The position numbers were made by a program, and so were the translations under genes. Positions 28,972 through 38,674 of a stretch of 64,000 bases of DNA are shown piece after piece; position 1 is the stretch's first letter; each line of letters starts with the position of its first letter. This DNA is from Dehalococcoidia bacterium (lineage in GTDB: Bacteria > Chloroflexota > Dehalococcoidia > Lucifugimonadales > UBA2962): the NCBI GenBank assembly GCA_034421295.1, contig DAOUKM010000004.1, positions 12,399-76,398 of the forward strand. The letters are read 5' to 3'. Below the pieces are notes generated by a model. The model was not told the DNA's origin, made no database searches, and saw only the letters and a program-made list of their open reading frames with translations.

Positions 28972-30906
28972 CTACCACTGTTTCCGCCAAGTGCGCTCCC
29001 AAAAGCGCCTACCATCCAGGTCGATTTCGGCCCCTATCGACAGGGCGCGCAGGGTGGTCGTAGAGTTGACGCGAATTTCGATGGCACAGGTAGGCCGCTC
29101 TAGTTTCGCCACCGCGCTTGTCGAAGTGCTGGCACGGTCTGGGTGGTCGGCGTCCACGTCCAAGGAAAACTCCTGGCGGTTGGAGTAATGGACGAGCGGC
29201 TCCACCTGCAGTTTGACCCATCGCCTGCCGTGGAAGGTGCTGACTCGACTAACCAAGTCCCGATCAATCGAGTATGCCGTTCCCCTCTCAAGCACGGCGT
29301 CATTACGAGCCACGGGCTTTGACAGGAGACCTAAGGTGGGGTTAGGTAGAGGAGGTTTCTGAGGGGGAATAGTGGGAAGTGTCAACTCCGTGGCATAGGG
29401 AACGCCGGAATAGACAGATAGGGAGTACCGACGCGGCGTGGGCCAAATCGCAGGAAAGTTGGCACCGGATATGCACAAGCGAATTCGATGGCCGGCCCCG
29501 AACTCGTACGAGGTGGGTCTCAGGGGGATGGTGGCAGAGTAGATCTCGCCATCGCCGTAGCGGCCGGCTTGATCCGCCTGGGCGCCCTGAAGGCTATCGA
29601 AGGTCACCAGATACGAACGGCCGTCCGGTGCCATGTCCAAGAGCTTAGCCACTAAGTCGACCTCTTCCAGTGGCGCGTCTGTGCTAAAGAAGAGCGTTAC
29701 TGACGGCTGCCCCGTGACCTCGATTGGCGCCTGCAGAGGGGCAGACTCGTAACGAAGCGAGCCGAGGTCATCTGATGTCTGGTCGGCTGGGTAGTCTATT
29801 GGATGCAGCACCGAATCGTAGGCCACCGACGCCAGGCCCACTCTTGCGTCATACTCGTACACTTCGGCCTGCGGGTCTACGGCCGACGGCTCCGGCGCGA
29901 GTCCTCCGTCGGTCGTGGCAAATAAGGTTTCACTACGGCTCCGGTCAATAGGCCACTCCCGCTCGTCCCTCCACCGTCCTGTGCCCTGGACGTATATCGT
30001 CACCGGCGGCTCGGTTTCGACGCCGTTTTGCTCACCTTTGAGCCAGCGGTCCCACCACCTGTCCATTTCCGCCACGAAATCGATCGGTTCCACGGACGAC
30101 TGGTCAGGGAGGGTGTGCTTCCATGGTCCGAACAGAATTTTCTTCGGCCCACGGGCCTGTTGGAATATGCGGAACATATCCTCCGGATAGGCGTCGTGCC
30201 AACCGCAAATGCCGAACATGGGAACCTCAATGAGGCGCGCATCCGCCTTTTGACGCTCCCAATAGTCCGGCGAAGGCGGCTCGCCGTGCCAGGTCAGATG
30301 CCATGGAGTATTCGCTTCCAGACGCTCATGCCAGCGCTCGATCCAGTCCGGCGTGCCGTCTGACCGTAGCGGCGGCAGGAGATTGTTGGCGGTCATCCAC
30401 GGCCCCCAATGGGGATCGGCCAGCAGCATCAGACGGGAGCCGCGATGTACAAACATCGCGTTCCAGTTGTCATCTGTGGCATGTACCGGGACGATGGCCT
30501 TCAGGTGGGGAGGACGGGTGGTCGCCGCAGCAATCGCCGTGATGCCTCCGTAGGAAATGCCCCACATTCCTACCGACCCGGTGCACCAGCGCTGTGAGGC
30601 AATCCACTCTACTGCTTCGTGCGCATCATCCCGCTCCCTAGGGTCAAACGGACATGGATTGGCACCCTCAGAACTGCCCACCCCACGAAAATCGAGCTGC
30701 ATGACGGCATAGCCCCTGGAGGCGAAATGACGCTGGTAGGAGTCCATGCCCCCGAGACCGCCATAGCCATCCTTCAGGTAGGGGATGTAGGTCAGGATCG
30801 CCGGAAACGGCCCAGGGGCATCGGGTCGGTAAAGGTTTCCGGCCAGCCGGACTCCGTCCGACATTGGCACGCGGACGTCATACGTGACCCTTACCGACCC
30901 GTTCAA
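28972..30906 (-). CDS. CocE/NonD-family hydrolase (S15 X-Pro dipeptidyl-peptidase-like)
   Basis: The N-terminus VRVPMSDGVRLAGNLYRP and the nucleophile motif GISYGG are typical of the family. Length is 644 aa. Confidence 0.85.
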   Translation of the reverse strand: MNGSVRVTYDVRVPMSDGVRLAGNLYRPDAPGPFPAILTYIPYLKDGYGGLGGMDSYQRHFASRGYAVMQLDFRGVGSSEGANPCPFDPRERDDAHEAVEWIASQRWCTGSVGMWGISYGGITAIAAATTRPPHLKAIVPVHATDDNWNAMFVHRGSRLMLLADPHWGPWMTANNLLPPLRSDGTPDWIERWHERLEANTPWHLTWHGEPPSPDYWERQKADARLIEVPMFGICGWHDAYPEDMFRIFQQARGPKKILFGPWKHTLPDQSSVEPIDFVAEMDRWWDRWLKGEQNGVETEPPVTIYVQGTGRWRDEREWPIDRSRSETLFATTDGGLAPEPSAVDPQAEVYEYDARVGLASVAYDSVLHPIDYPADQTSDDLGSLRYESAPLQAPIEVTGQPSVTLFFSTDAPLEEVDLVAKLLDMAPDGRSYLVTFDSLQGAQADQAGRYGDGEIYSATIPLRPTSYEFGAGHRIRLCISGANFPAIWPTPRRYSLSVYSGVPYATELTLPTIPPQKPPLPNPTLGLLSKPVARNDAVLERGTAYSIDRDLVSRVSTFHGRRWVKLQVEPLVHYSNRQEFSLDVDADHPDRASTSTSAVAKLERPTCAIEIRVNSTTTLRALSIGAEIDLDGRRFWERTWRKQW

Positions 30907-30926
30907 TTCACATCACTTGCAGCTTC

Positions 30927-32681
30927 TTACCGCTCAAGCCACACGTTCGCGTAGTAGGGGAACGCCTTCACCTCGAAGTTCTTCAGGTCACTGGTATGTG
31001 GGAATATCGCATACCACGTACCGAGGTACACGATGACCACGTTCTTGTAGGCCTCAAGCTGAAGTTGCTCAACGATCTCGAATCGTTCCTTTTGATCCGT
31101 AGCCTGGGCGTACTCGATGCGGAGCCTCTTCAGCTCCGGCACCTGGGCTAGGAACCACCCGTCTCCGTCGAGATAGAAGTCACTCAGAGGCTCACCGCAG
31201 CACCAGTGGGACGCCCATCCCGATAGACCGGCGTAAGTCTCGCTACGCTCCTCGCCAAAGGTGCCAAGCACGGTCGCCCAGTCCAAGGCCGGCTGCTCGA
31301 CATTGAACCCAATAGCCTCTATCTCTTTCTTGATCACGATGCCAACCGGGGTGATCGTCGCGTAGTCGTTGGGATTCAAGAGGACCACCGTCTCACCATC
31401 GTAGGAGGACTGTGCTACCAACTCCCGGGCCAACTCCTTGTCATTGACGTTGTAGTACTGGTCGGCGCCGATAGAGGTTTCCAGTGGCGTACCGCAGTAG
31501 AAGACGGCCGGGCAAAGATCCCATAGCTCTCTGCCACCGAGGGCGAACATCGTCGCCTCTATGTCAATACCAACCTGCAGAGCCCGTCGAGCTAACAGGT
31601 CATCAAAGGGCGGGAAGCCTGCCCACGGGCGAAAGTCTGAGCGATGACCGGGCTTGTACACTGGCACCACAAGATCGGGGTTCTGGTCGGTCCGCTGAAA
31701 GAAGTCCAGACCCGCACCATCGACGATGTCCCATTCACCCGTCTCGAGGCCGGCAATCTTGGTCTCCTCCGATGGGACCTCCAGCCATATGAGCTGGTCT
31801 ATGTAGGCGACCTGCTTGCCCGCATAGAGGCTGCTGGCCTCGTCCCTGCCAACATAGTCTTCAAAGCGCCGCAGAGTGACCCTGTCACCCTGTCTCCAAT
31901 CCTCGAATTCATAGGGGCCCGATCCCACCCACTCTGGTGCGGGAGCAGTGAAGGAGGTGTCATGTATGACGCTGTGGGGCATCGCATACATGCTGGCCCA
32001 AGGCCTAGCGATGCTCGTCGCTATCGCCCCGTATGGCTGAAGCAAGTTCACCGTAAACGTAAGGTCATCTATAACGGTGAACTGGTTCTCGTTGTCGGTG
32101 AATTCTTTCATCAAAGTCGCTGCCGCATGCGCCCCGTTCAGATACCGGCCGAATGAGGTCACGACATCCTGCGCGGTGACCGGTTCACCGTTGTGGAACA
32201 GCATCCCCGGCCGTAGGTGGAAAGTCCAGGTGAGGCCGTCGGAACTGATGTCCCACGAGTTCGCCATTCGAGGCTGATCTTCCAGACTGAGGTTCCATCC
32301 GAGTGGTGACTCAAACAAATGTGACCCCACTGCGATTGCCACATAGGATCCGTCGAAGGCTGGATCCAGGCTGGCGATGCTAGCCTGGGAAACGATCCTC
32401 AGGGTGCCGCCGAACTGGGGTCCCCCGGTAACCGGAGGGGGGGTAGGCGTGGCGACCAGGAGTTTCTCCACCTCGACCTCTACGACCCTTTCGACCTCGA
32501 CCTCCTTGACCACCTCCTTTTCCACCTCCACGACCCTTTCGACCTCAACCTCCTTGACCACCTCCTCCACAACTGGCACCTCGACGATCTTCTCCACGAC
32601 CTCGGTGCCACCACCGGCGCAAGCAGCGGCGGCGATTGAGGCGGCGAGGGCTCCTGCCAGAACGATCAAGAGTCGCTTCAT
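30927..32681 (-). CDS. ABC substrate-binding lipoprotein, family 5 (peptide/nickel type), orphan
   Basis: ATG 32681 is preceded by AAGGAG. Lipobox AAAAC. A Val/Glu repeat linker follows, then an SBP_bac_5-like body. The ORF-track start at 32780 adds 33 aa with no signal-peptide character. Confidence 0.85.
   Translation of the reverse strand: MKRLLIVLAGALAASIAAAACAGGGTEVVEKIVEVPVVEEVVKEVEVERVVEVEKEVVKEVEVERVVEVEVEKLLVATPTPPPVTGGPQFGGTLRIVSQASIASLDPAFDGSYVAIAVGSHLFESPLGWNLSLEDQPRMANSWDISSDGLTWTFHLRPGMLFHNGEPVTAQDVVTSFGRYLNGAHAAATLMKEFTDNENQFTVIDDLTFTVNLLQPYGAIATSIARPWASMYAMPHSVIHDTSFTAPAPEWVGSGPYEFEDWRQGDRVTLRRFEDYVGRDEASSLYAGKQVAYIDQLIWLEVPSEETKIAGLETGEWDIVDGAGLDFFQRTDQNPDLVVPVYKPGHRSDFRPWAGFPPFDDLLARRALQVGIDIEATMFALGGRELWDLCPAVFYCGTPLETSIGADQYYNVNDKELARELVAQSSYDGETVVLLNPNDYATITPVGIVIKKEIEAIGFNVEQPALDWATVLGTFGEERSETYAGLSGWASHWCCGEPLSDFYLDGDGWFLAQVPELKRLRIEYAQATDQKERFEIVEQLQLEAYKNVVIVYLGTWYAIFPHTSDLKNFEVKAFPYYANVWLER
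32453..32606 (-). repeat. in-frame Val/Glu-rich tandem repeat encoding the linker of the family-5 binding lipoprotein
   Basis: Encodes VEKIVEVPVVEEVVKEVEVERVVEVEKEVVKEVEVERVVEVEVEK. The DNA shows two near-identical units of roughly 48-51 bp (ctttcgacctcgacctccttgaccacctcc and ctttcgacctcaacctccttgaccacctcc). Confidence 0.7.
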
Positions 32682-33128
32682 GGTCCCGACCTCCTTAAGC
32701 GAGTCCAGACCAACCGGCACGGGTGCGGGTTTAGAGGCCTGCCAGACTCTGCAAGGAAGACTCGCCAGCCGACAGGCCACTGACTGGCCGCTAAGGCACC
32801 GGTCGAGTCCAGCGCCAATTATGGCACAGACGAAGAGCGAAATGTTGATGATTCGCTGAGACTAGAGCCGATTACGCTGATTAACGCCTCATCGTCTTGC
32901 CTCGGTGGCCATCCAACGTTACAACCGGAAATCCGCATCCACCTTGGCCGTCACCGCGAAACAGGCGATTACTTTCGGCCTCTCGTTATCCCCTTGATTC
33001 GCTTGCAAGTGGCGATCAGCGCTGGCCCCGACCCGCAGACAGCCATCGGGCACAGCGGGTCTTCGCGCGAGTGCCCAACCTGGCCACGAGGACCGTCAGC
33101 CGGTCCACTGTTGCACTTTTCGGCCTTA

Positions 33129-33147
33129 TAGTTTATAACGTAAACTA
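33129..33147. promoter_or_regulatory. perfect palindrome TAGTTTA-N5-TAAACTA, candidate operator
   Basis: Read directly at 33129-33147 in an AT-rich patch 30 nt upstream of the 33177 start codon. The downstream operon encodes a winged-helix regulator. Confidence 0.4.
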
Positions 33148-33176
33148 GTTTGCAGTATGAAAGCGCGAGGTGACGT

Positions 33177-33812
33177 ATGCAGGGTGGAGAGGCAAAAGGA
33201 GAGCGAATAGGTTCCAACCAGGGCTGGGAGTCGATACAGGCGACCCTAGACAGATCCCGGAGCTCGATGTACGTGGCCGGATGGCCGACCATCACGCTGA
33301 TGTGGGGTGCCATCGTCGCCATCGGATTCGTTGCCCAGTTTGCGGTGGAGACGCAGGCGGCAGGGTTCGCCGAGGACTTCCCCTGGTTCCCGGGACCCCT
33401 GTGGGGCGGCCTGGGCTTCGTGGGCATGGTCGCCAGCTCCGTGATCGGGCACCGGGCCAGCCGTGACAACGCCGAAGGTCCCACCGCCACCGCTGCGGGG
33501 CTTCGGGTCTTCGCGTTCTGGATTTCGGTTGTGGCAGCTGCCTTTATCGTCCCGGCTGCATCCGGGCTTTGGACCGCAGAGGCCGACGGCGCCGCGATCG
33601 GCGGAGTCGTCATTGGGATCGTGGCGCTGGGGTACATACTCTTCGGCATAATGCACCACGCGGCGATAGCACTCGTGGGGCTGGGCATCGCTGCGGCGTT
33701 CTATGTTCCGGGCCACTTTGCCGGCGACCTCTCACTGGTGGTGTCGGCCGCGGTGACGGTGGTCGTGGTAGCCGCAGCCTGGGTCTGGATTCGCAAGAGC
33801 GGCGCCGCATGA
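33177..33812 (+). CDS. hypothetical integral membrane protein
   Basis: A 211-aa ORF with about six hydrophobic segments. GAGGTG lies upstream of the ATG. The stop overlaps the start of the next gene (ATGA). Confidence 0.6.
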   Translation: MQGGEAKGERIGSNQGWESIQATLDRSRSSMYVAGWPTITLMWGAIVAIGFVAQFAVETQAAGFAEDFPWFPGPLWGGLGFVGMVASSVIGHRASRDNAEGPTATAAGLRVFAFWISVVAAAFIVPAASGLWTAEADGAAIGGVVIGIVALGYILFGIMHHAAIALVGLGIAAAFYVPGHFAGDLSLVVSAAVTVVVVAAAWVWIRKSGAA

Positions 33813-34120
33813 AGGATGATCCGATCGTCCTGGACGAAACGATCCACCAATCCACCCGGCTGCGCATCATGACCATGCTGGCGTACCAGTCCGAGGACGA
33901 CCGGCTGGCCTACGGCTTCATCCAGAAGGCGCTGAACCTGACCGGCGGCAACCTCACGATTCATCTCCGAAAGCTCGAGGAGGCGGGATTCGTGGCCACC
34001 ACCAAGGAGTTCCTCAAGGCCAAGCCCCGCACCTGGGTGCAGGCTACACCGGAGGGACGCCGCGCCTTCGGCGACTACCTTTCCAACCTGGAGCGCGCCG
34101 TCAGGATTCCGCTGCGCTGA
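33809..34120 (+). CDS. winged-helix transcriptional regulator (small MarR/ArsR-like wHTH)
   Basis: A 103-aa protein. IHQSTRLRIMTMLA...LNLTGGNLTIHLRKLEEAGFV is typical of a wHTH. It is translationally coupled to the membrane protein gene. Confidence 0.7.
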   Translation: MKDDPIVLDETIHQSTRLRIMTMLAYQSEDDRLAYGFIQKALNLTGGNLTIHLRKLEEAGFVATTKEFLKAKPRTWVQATPEGRRAFGDYLSNLERAVRIPLR

Positions 34121-34277
34121 GATTCTCAGAAGGCCGCTTTCCCCCAGGGTGACTTGAGACCAGGCGTCCTCGCGCGGCAACGCGGTGTGACCGGTAATGC
34201 TGATTCTGCGCCCGCCAAGACGTGCGAATACCAGGTGCGGAGGACCCGCACTCCCCACCGCGGGAGCATCCCGCTCC

Positions 34278-35075
34278 TCAGCCGAGCAGGTCCAACAGCA
34301 CCCGCACCGCGGTTGCGGCTACCAGCGCGCCCAGCAGCCACCTGAGATGTCGGGCGGTCAGGCGCCGGTTTATCTCGAACCCCACCAGTGTCGCGGCCAT
34401 CGTGCTGCCGACAATCACAAGGGCCGGGACCGCAGGCACCAGGGTGCCGCCCAGCTTGCCGACGAACGCGGCCCCTGACGCGAACAGCATGATTCCGAGA
34501 TTACTGCCGATCGCCAGCCTGGTGGGTATTCCCAGCCCGAATATGAGCAGTGGCACCATCAGGAAGGCGCCCGGCAGGCCCGAGATGCCGCCCACTCCCC
34601 CCACGACGGCACCCACGGTAAGCGCTCGAACCCTGTCGACCTGAGGTGGTTCGGATTCGCCCGACCATCCTTCGTCGCCGGGCCCGTTCACCCGCCCCCT
34701 GAGAATGCTGGGAGAGAGCATCACCACCGCGGCAGCCAGTGCCATGCCCACCATCGTCGCCAGGATGGCCGCGTCCGGAAGAACCGTGGAGGCAAGCGCC
34801 CCGGCCAGGGCGAGCGCGCCGGCCGGCAGCCCGACCCAGAGCACCAGGGGGCGGTGAACGTAGCCGGCGGAACGGTGGCGGACGATGTTTACGGCGCCGC
34901 TGGCAAAGCTCTGCACGACGGTCAGGCCGGTCACCTCCTTGACCGACATGGGCTCGATGCCGAACAGCTCTGGACCGTACAGCAGGGCCGGCAGGGCCGC
35001 TATGGCGACACCCATACCCGCCACACCCGACACCAAGCCGGCGAACAAACCTGCAACGAGAACGACGATTAGCAA
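34278..35075 (-). CDS. TauE/SafE-family anion (sulfite) exporter
   Basis: A 265-aa polytopic, Gly/Ala/Leu-rich protein with duplicated halves typical of TauE/SafE. Confidence 0.75.
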   Translation of the reverse strand: MLIVVLVAGLFAGLVSGVAGMGVAIAALPALLYGPELFGIEPMSVKEVTGLTVVQSFASGAVNIVRHRSAGYVHRPLVLWVGLPAGALALAGALASTVLPDAAILATMVGMALAAAVVMLSPSILRGRVNGPGDEGWSGESEPPQVDRVRALTVGAVVGGVGGISGLPGAFLMVPLLIFGLGIPTRLAIGSNLGIMLFASGAAFVGKLGGTLVPAVPALVIVGSTMAATLVGFEINRRLTARHLRWLLGALVAATAVRVLLDLLG

Positions 35076-35420
35076 CTATCCCCCTGCAGAGACGGGCCCG
35101 CTCCTGTTCGCGCCTGCCTTCCCCTTTCAATCAAGGTTAACCGACCTGGTCTTAGCCGATGCTGAGGACGTCGAGAAACGCCGGACCTTGAACACAAATG
35201 TCACTGACCCGCCTCCTTCACCCGTCGAGCCTCGGGGCTGCACCCGCATGGCTGCCTTTCCCCAAATGGCGGTAGGGTATGCAGTGGGGAGTGACTGGAG
35301 ACAAGAGAGCTCCCAGTGGACGGCCTGCGAAGGGGTCGCCGGTCGGGCGCGGAGGCAAGCGGCAGTATGTGTGACGGTAAGGGACTGGTGCAAGCGGTGA
35401 GCAGCAGCTCAACGCATTCG

Positions 35421-35918
35421 ATGGCCAAGCCAACCCGAGGCCGCATCCTGCTGCTCGAGGGCATCGGGGTTGAGGGTGATGCGCACCGTGGCACGACGGT
35501 CAAGCACAGGTCGCGCGTGGCCCGCGACCCGACGCAGCCCAACCTCAGGCAGGTGCACCTGATACATGCCGAGCTGCACGACGAACTGAGACAGGCCGGA
35601 TTCCGGATCTCGGCCGGGCAGATGGGAGAGAACATAACCACCCGCGGAATAGAGCTCCTCGAACTGCCGCGCGGGACCAGGCTGGCGCTCGGCGATGCCG
35701 CCGTGATCGAGATAACCGGACTGCGCAATCCATGCAGGCAGCTCGATGGACTTCATCCTGGATTGATGGCGGCCGTCCTCGAACGCGACCCCGATGGCGG
35801 CCTCGTTCGCAAGGCCGGAGTCATGTCCGTCGTGGTGTCCGGGGGCGAGGTCAAACCGGGTGATGCCATCTCCATCGAGCTACCGTCCCAGCCACACCGG
35901 CGACTGGAGGTCGTCTAG
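35421..35918 (+). CDS. MOSC domain-containing protein (YiiM-like)
   Basis: GVEGDAH, GENITT and the conserved Cys in LRNPCRQL. ATG 35421 is preferred over the ORF-track start at 35316. Confidence 0.75.
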   Translation: MAKPTRGRILLLEGIGVEGDAHRGTTVKHRSRVARDPTQPNLRQVHLIHAELHDELRQAGFRISAGQMGENITTRGIELLELPRGTRLALGDAAVIEITGLRNPCRQLDGLHPGLMAAVLERDPDGGLVRKAGVMSVVVSGGEVKPGDAISIELPSQPHRRLEVV

Positions 35919-36097
35919 CCGACCCGCGGCGGTGTCAACACCTGGCTGCCGGGGCCGGAGGCCGCGCCAGCCAGGTCGCCGGATCGCAAGTCTGCCGGTC
36001 CGCTGCCGCACGCCATCAGCCCGCAGGGCGCAGCGCCTCGTTCGCTGTCGGGTCCTGGGGCGGGATGAACGATTCCGGCAGTGGCCCTGTTCAGCCG

Positions 36098-36126
36098 TTG
36101 ACCTCAGCGAGGGGCCACCTTAGGGT
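36098..36126 (+). promoter_or_regulatory. candidate sigma-70-type promoter for ureABC
   Basis: TTGACC (36098-36103), a 17-nt spacer, then TAGGGT (36121-36126), ending 29 nt upstream of the ureA ATG. This rests on pattern match only. Confidence 0.3.
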
Positions 36127-36155
36127 GGACCGCAGCGAGCTAAGGGAGCACCGAC

Positions 36156-36458
36156 ATGAGGCTCACTCCAAGGGAGATGGACAGGATCACGATCTTCGCG
36201 GTGGCCGAGATGGCACGGCGCAGAAGGGCGCGTGGTATCAGGCTCAACCATCCGGAGGCCGTGGCGCTGATCTGCGACGAGGTGATGGAGGAGGCCAGGG
36301 CCGGCAAAAGCTACGAAGAGGTCCTTGAGATGGCAGGCCGGATCCTCACCGCCGACGAGGTGCTGGAGGGTGTGGCCGAACTGGCCGATCCAATAAGGAT
36401 CGAAGCGGGCTTCGACAGCGGCACCAAGCTGCTCGTAATCGACGCGCCGATCAGATAG
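36156..36458 (+). CDS. ureA: urease gamma subunit
   Basis: A 100-aa protein. MRLTPREMDRITIFAVAEMARRRRARGIRLNHPEAVALI is canonical UreA. Confidence 0.9.
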   Translation: MRLTPREMDRITIFAVAEMARRRRARGIRLNHPEAVALICDEVMEEARAGKSYEEVLEMAGRILTADEVLEGVAELADPIRIEAGFDSGTKLLVIDAPIR

Positions 36459-36487
36459 CGGCTCATGCACCGATGGGAGGAGAGACG

Positions 36488-36865
36488 ATGGCAAGGCCAG
36501 GCGAGGTGATCGTGGCGGCCGGCAAGCTCACGGTCAACGAGGGGCGACAGAAAAGGCCGGTGCACGTCAGGAACGAGTCCGACAGGGTCGTCTACATATC
36601 TTCCCACTACCACTTTTTCGAGGCGAACAGGGACCTGGCCTTCGACAGGAGGTCGGCGTACGGGATGCGCCTGGACGTGGCCGCGGGAACCGGCGTGCGC
36701 TGGGCGCCGGGCGAAGAGATGACGGTCGATCTCATCCCGCTGGCGGGCCGCAGACAGGTTCACGGCTTCCAGGGCTTTGTCAACGGGGCCCTCGACGACG
36801 TAGAGGCCGCCCTGGCGAGGCTGAGATCGGCCGGGTTTCGGGACACGGGACAGGCAGGGACATGA
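36488..36865 (+). CDS. ureB: urease beta subunit
   Basis: PGEVIV...NEGR...VRNESDRVVYISSHYHFFEAN is canonical UreB. ATG 36488 follows GGGAGGAGAG. The ORF-track start is 36473. Confidence 0.9.
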   Translation: MARPGEVIVAAGKLTVNEGRQKRPVHVRNESDRVVYISSHYHFFEANRDLAFDRRSAYGMRLDVAAGTGVRWAPGEEMTVDLIPLAGRRQVHGFQGFVNGALDDVEAALARLRSAGFRDTGQAGT

Positions 36866-36916
36866 TCGGTAGGCGATCAGCCACGGGATTGCCCCGTCTA
36901 TCGGAGGGGATGGCAT

Positions 36917-38590
36917 ATGCCGTTTGAGATTGACAGACACCGCTACGCCGGCACCTACGGTCCGACGACGGGCGACCGCATTAGGCTCGGTGACACCAAT
37001 ATCGTAGCCGAGGTGGAGTCGGACTCGACCCGGTACGGTGAGGAGGCGCTGCTTGGCTGGGGCAAGAACATCCGGGCCGGCATGCTAATGGCCCACCGCC
37101 GCACCCGAGCCTCGGACCTGGACTACGTGATCGCGGGGGTCGTCATAGTCGATCCGGTGCTGGGGGTCCGAAAGGGCAGCATCGGGGTAAAGGACGGACT
37201 TATAGCAGGGATTGGCAGCGCCGGCAGCGGCGACATCATGGACGAGGTCGATCTCGAGATCGGGGCGAATACGGTGATCGTAAGCGGCGCCGGCATGATC
37301 GCCACCCCCGGCGGGGTCGACAGTCACGTCCACATAGTCACCCCCAGGGTGGTGGAGGCGGCACTGGCGGCCGGGATCACCACCCTCATCGGCGGCGGCG
37401 TCTTCGACAACGGGCGCAACATCCTTACGCGCTCCTTCGAGGCGTTCGAGAACCTGCCTGTCAACCTCGGGCTCCAGGCCTCCGGAAGCGCCACGAGCCC
37501 GTTCCCGATGGAAGAGAGCATCGAGGCGGGCGCGTGCGGGTTCAAGATCCACGAGGACCTGGGCGCCTACGGCAACGTCATCGACACCTGTCTACGGATT
37601 GCCGAGCAGGCCGACGTCTCCGTCGCGCTCCACACGGACGGACTTCAGGAATCGGCCGACGTGCGGGGCACCATCGATGCCATCGACGGCCGCGCGGTTC
37701 ATGCCTACCACATCGAGGGGGCCGGTGGAGGCCACGCTCCCGACCTTCTGACCATGGCCGGGGTGGACAACATCATCCCGTCTTCGACGACGCCCACCGT
37801 CCCGTACTCGGTAGGCACGTTCCAGGAGCACTTCGCGATGACCGCGATATGCCATTTGCTCGACCTGCGCATCCCCTCGGACGCCGCGGCGCTGGGGGGC
37901 AGGCTGCGACGGCAGACGATGGCCGCAGAGGATGTCCTCCACGACCTGGGCGCCATACCGGTCATCAACTCCGATTCCCAGGGGATGGGCCGGATAGGTG
38001 AGGTCATTACGCGAACCTGGCAGCTGGCGCACAAGATGAAGGCAGAGCGCGGCGCGGTAAACCCCGACAACGACAACGACCGGATCCGCCAGTACATCGC
38101 CAAATACACGATCAATCCCTCCATCACCCACGGCATCGACGGCTACGTCGGATCCCTGGAGGTGGGAAAGATGGCCGACGTGGTCCTGTGGCATCCGGCC
38201 TTCTTCGGCATCAAGCCAGAAATGGTGATGAAGGGGGGCTACGTCGCATGGGGACCGATGGGCGAGGGAAACGCCACGGTGCCGGGCGCCGAGCCAACCT
38301 CATACGGACCCATGTTCGGGGGCATAGGCATCAACCCGTCGGCCCTGAGCGCCCTGTTCGTGTCCTCCGATTCGATCGAGTCGGGCCTCAGTCGTCGCCT
38401 CAGGACCGCCAGGAGCCTGAGGCCGGTGACGGGGGTACGGACGGTCAGAAAGGGCGCGATGCTGCACAACGGCGCGAGCCCGCGCATAGAGGTAGACGGG
38501 CAGGCCGCACAGGTGACCGTGGACGATGTGCCGGTGACCTCAGAGGCGGTTACGCAGGTGCCCCTCAATCGTCTCTACAGGCTCACCTAG
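36917..38590 (+). CDS. ureC: urease alpha (catalytic) subunit, divergent
   Basis: Nickel and catalytic motifs are present: GGVDSHVH, GFKIHEDLG (carbamyl-Lys), ALHTDGLQES, YHIEGAGGGHAPD, the flap CH in AICHLL, and NSDSQGMGRIGE. Confidence 0.9.
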   Translation: MPFEIDRHRYAGTYGPTTGDRIRLGDTNIVAEVESDSTRYGEEALLGWGKNIRAGMLMAHRRTRASDLDYVIAGVVIVDPVLGVRKGSIGVKDGLIAGIGSAGSGDIMDEVDLEIGANTVIVSGAGMIATPGGVDSHVHIVTPRVVEAALAAGITTLIGGGVFDNGRNILTRSFEAFENLPVNLGLQASGSATSPFPMEESIEAGACGFKIHEDLGAYGNVIDTCLRIAEQADVSVALHTDGLQESADVRGTIDAIDGRAVHAYHIEGAGGGHAPDLLTMAGVDNIIPSSTTPTVPYSVGTFQEHFAMTAICHLLDLRIPSDAAALGGRLRRQTMAAEDVLHDLGAIPVINSDSQGMGRIGEVITRTWQLAHKMKAERGAVNPDNDNDRIRQYIAKYTINPSITHGIDGYVGSLEVGKMADVVLWHPAFFGIKPEMVMKGGYVAWGPMGEGNATVPGAEPTSYGPMFGGIGINPSALSALFVSSDSIESGLSRRLRTARSLRPVTGVRTVRKGAMLHNGASPRIEVDGQAAQVTVDDVPVTSEAVTQVPLNRLYRLT

Positions 38591-38674
38591 ACCTCGCCCG
38601 GATTGAGCCGCGGGGAAGGCAACTTCTCGGAGATCGCGGCGGACCCCGGAATCTAGCGGCAGGAGGTAGCGAGC

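Noticed and set aside
32969-33688. A 239-aa minus-strand ORF
   Set aside because: It is antisense to the membrane-protein gene 33177-33812, which has a Shine-Dalgarno sequence and is coupled to the downstream regulator. The product is Ala/Pro/Ser-rich and lacks features.
35076-35420. Possible Moco riboswitch in the 345-nt region upstream of the MOSC gene
   Set aside because: Only a short CGCCUCC match to what I recall of the Moco motif is present. No GGAAAGG element lies on the correct strand, and no consistent helices can be drawn.
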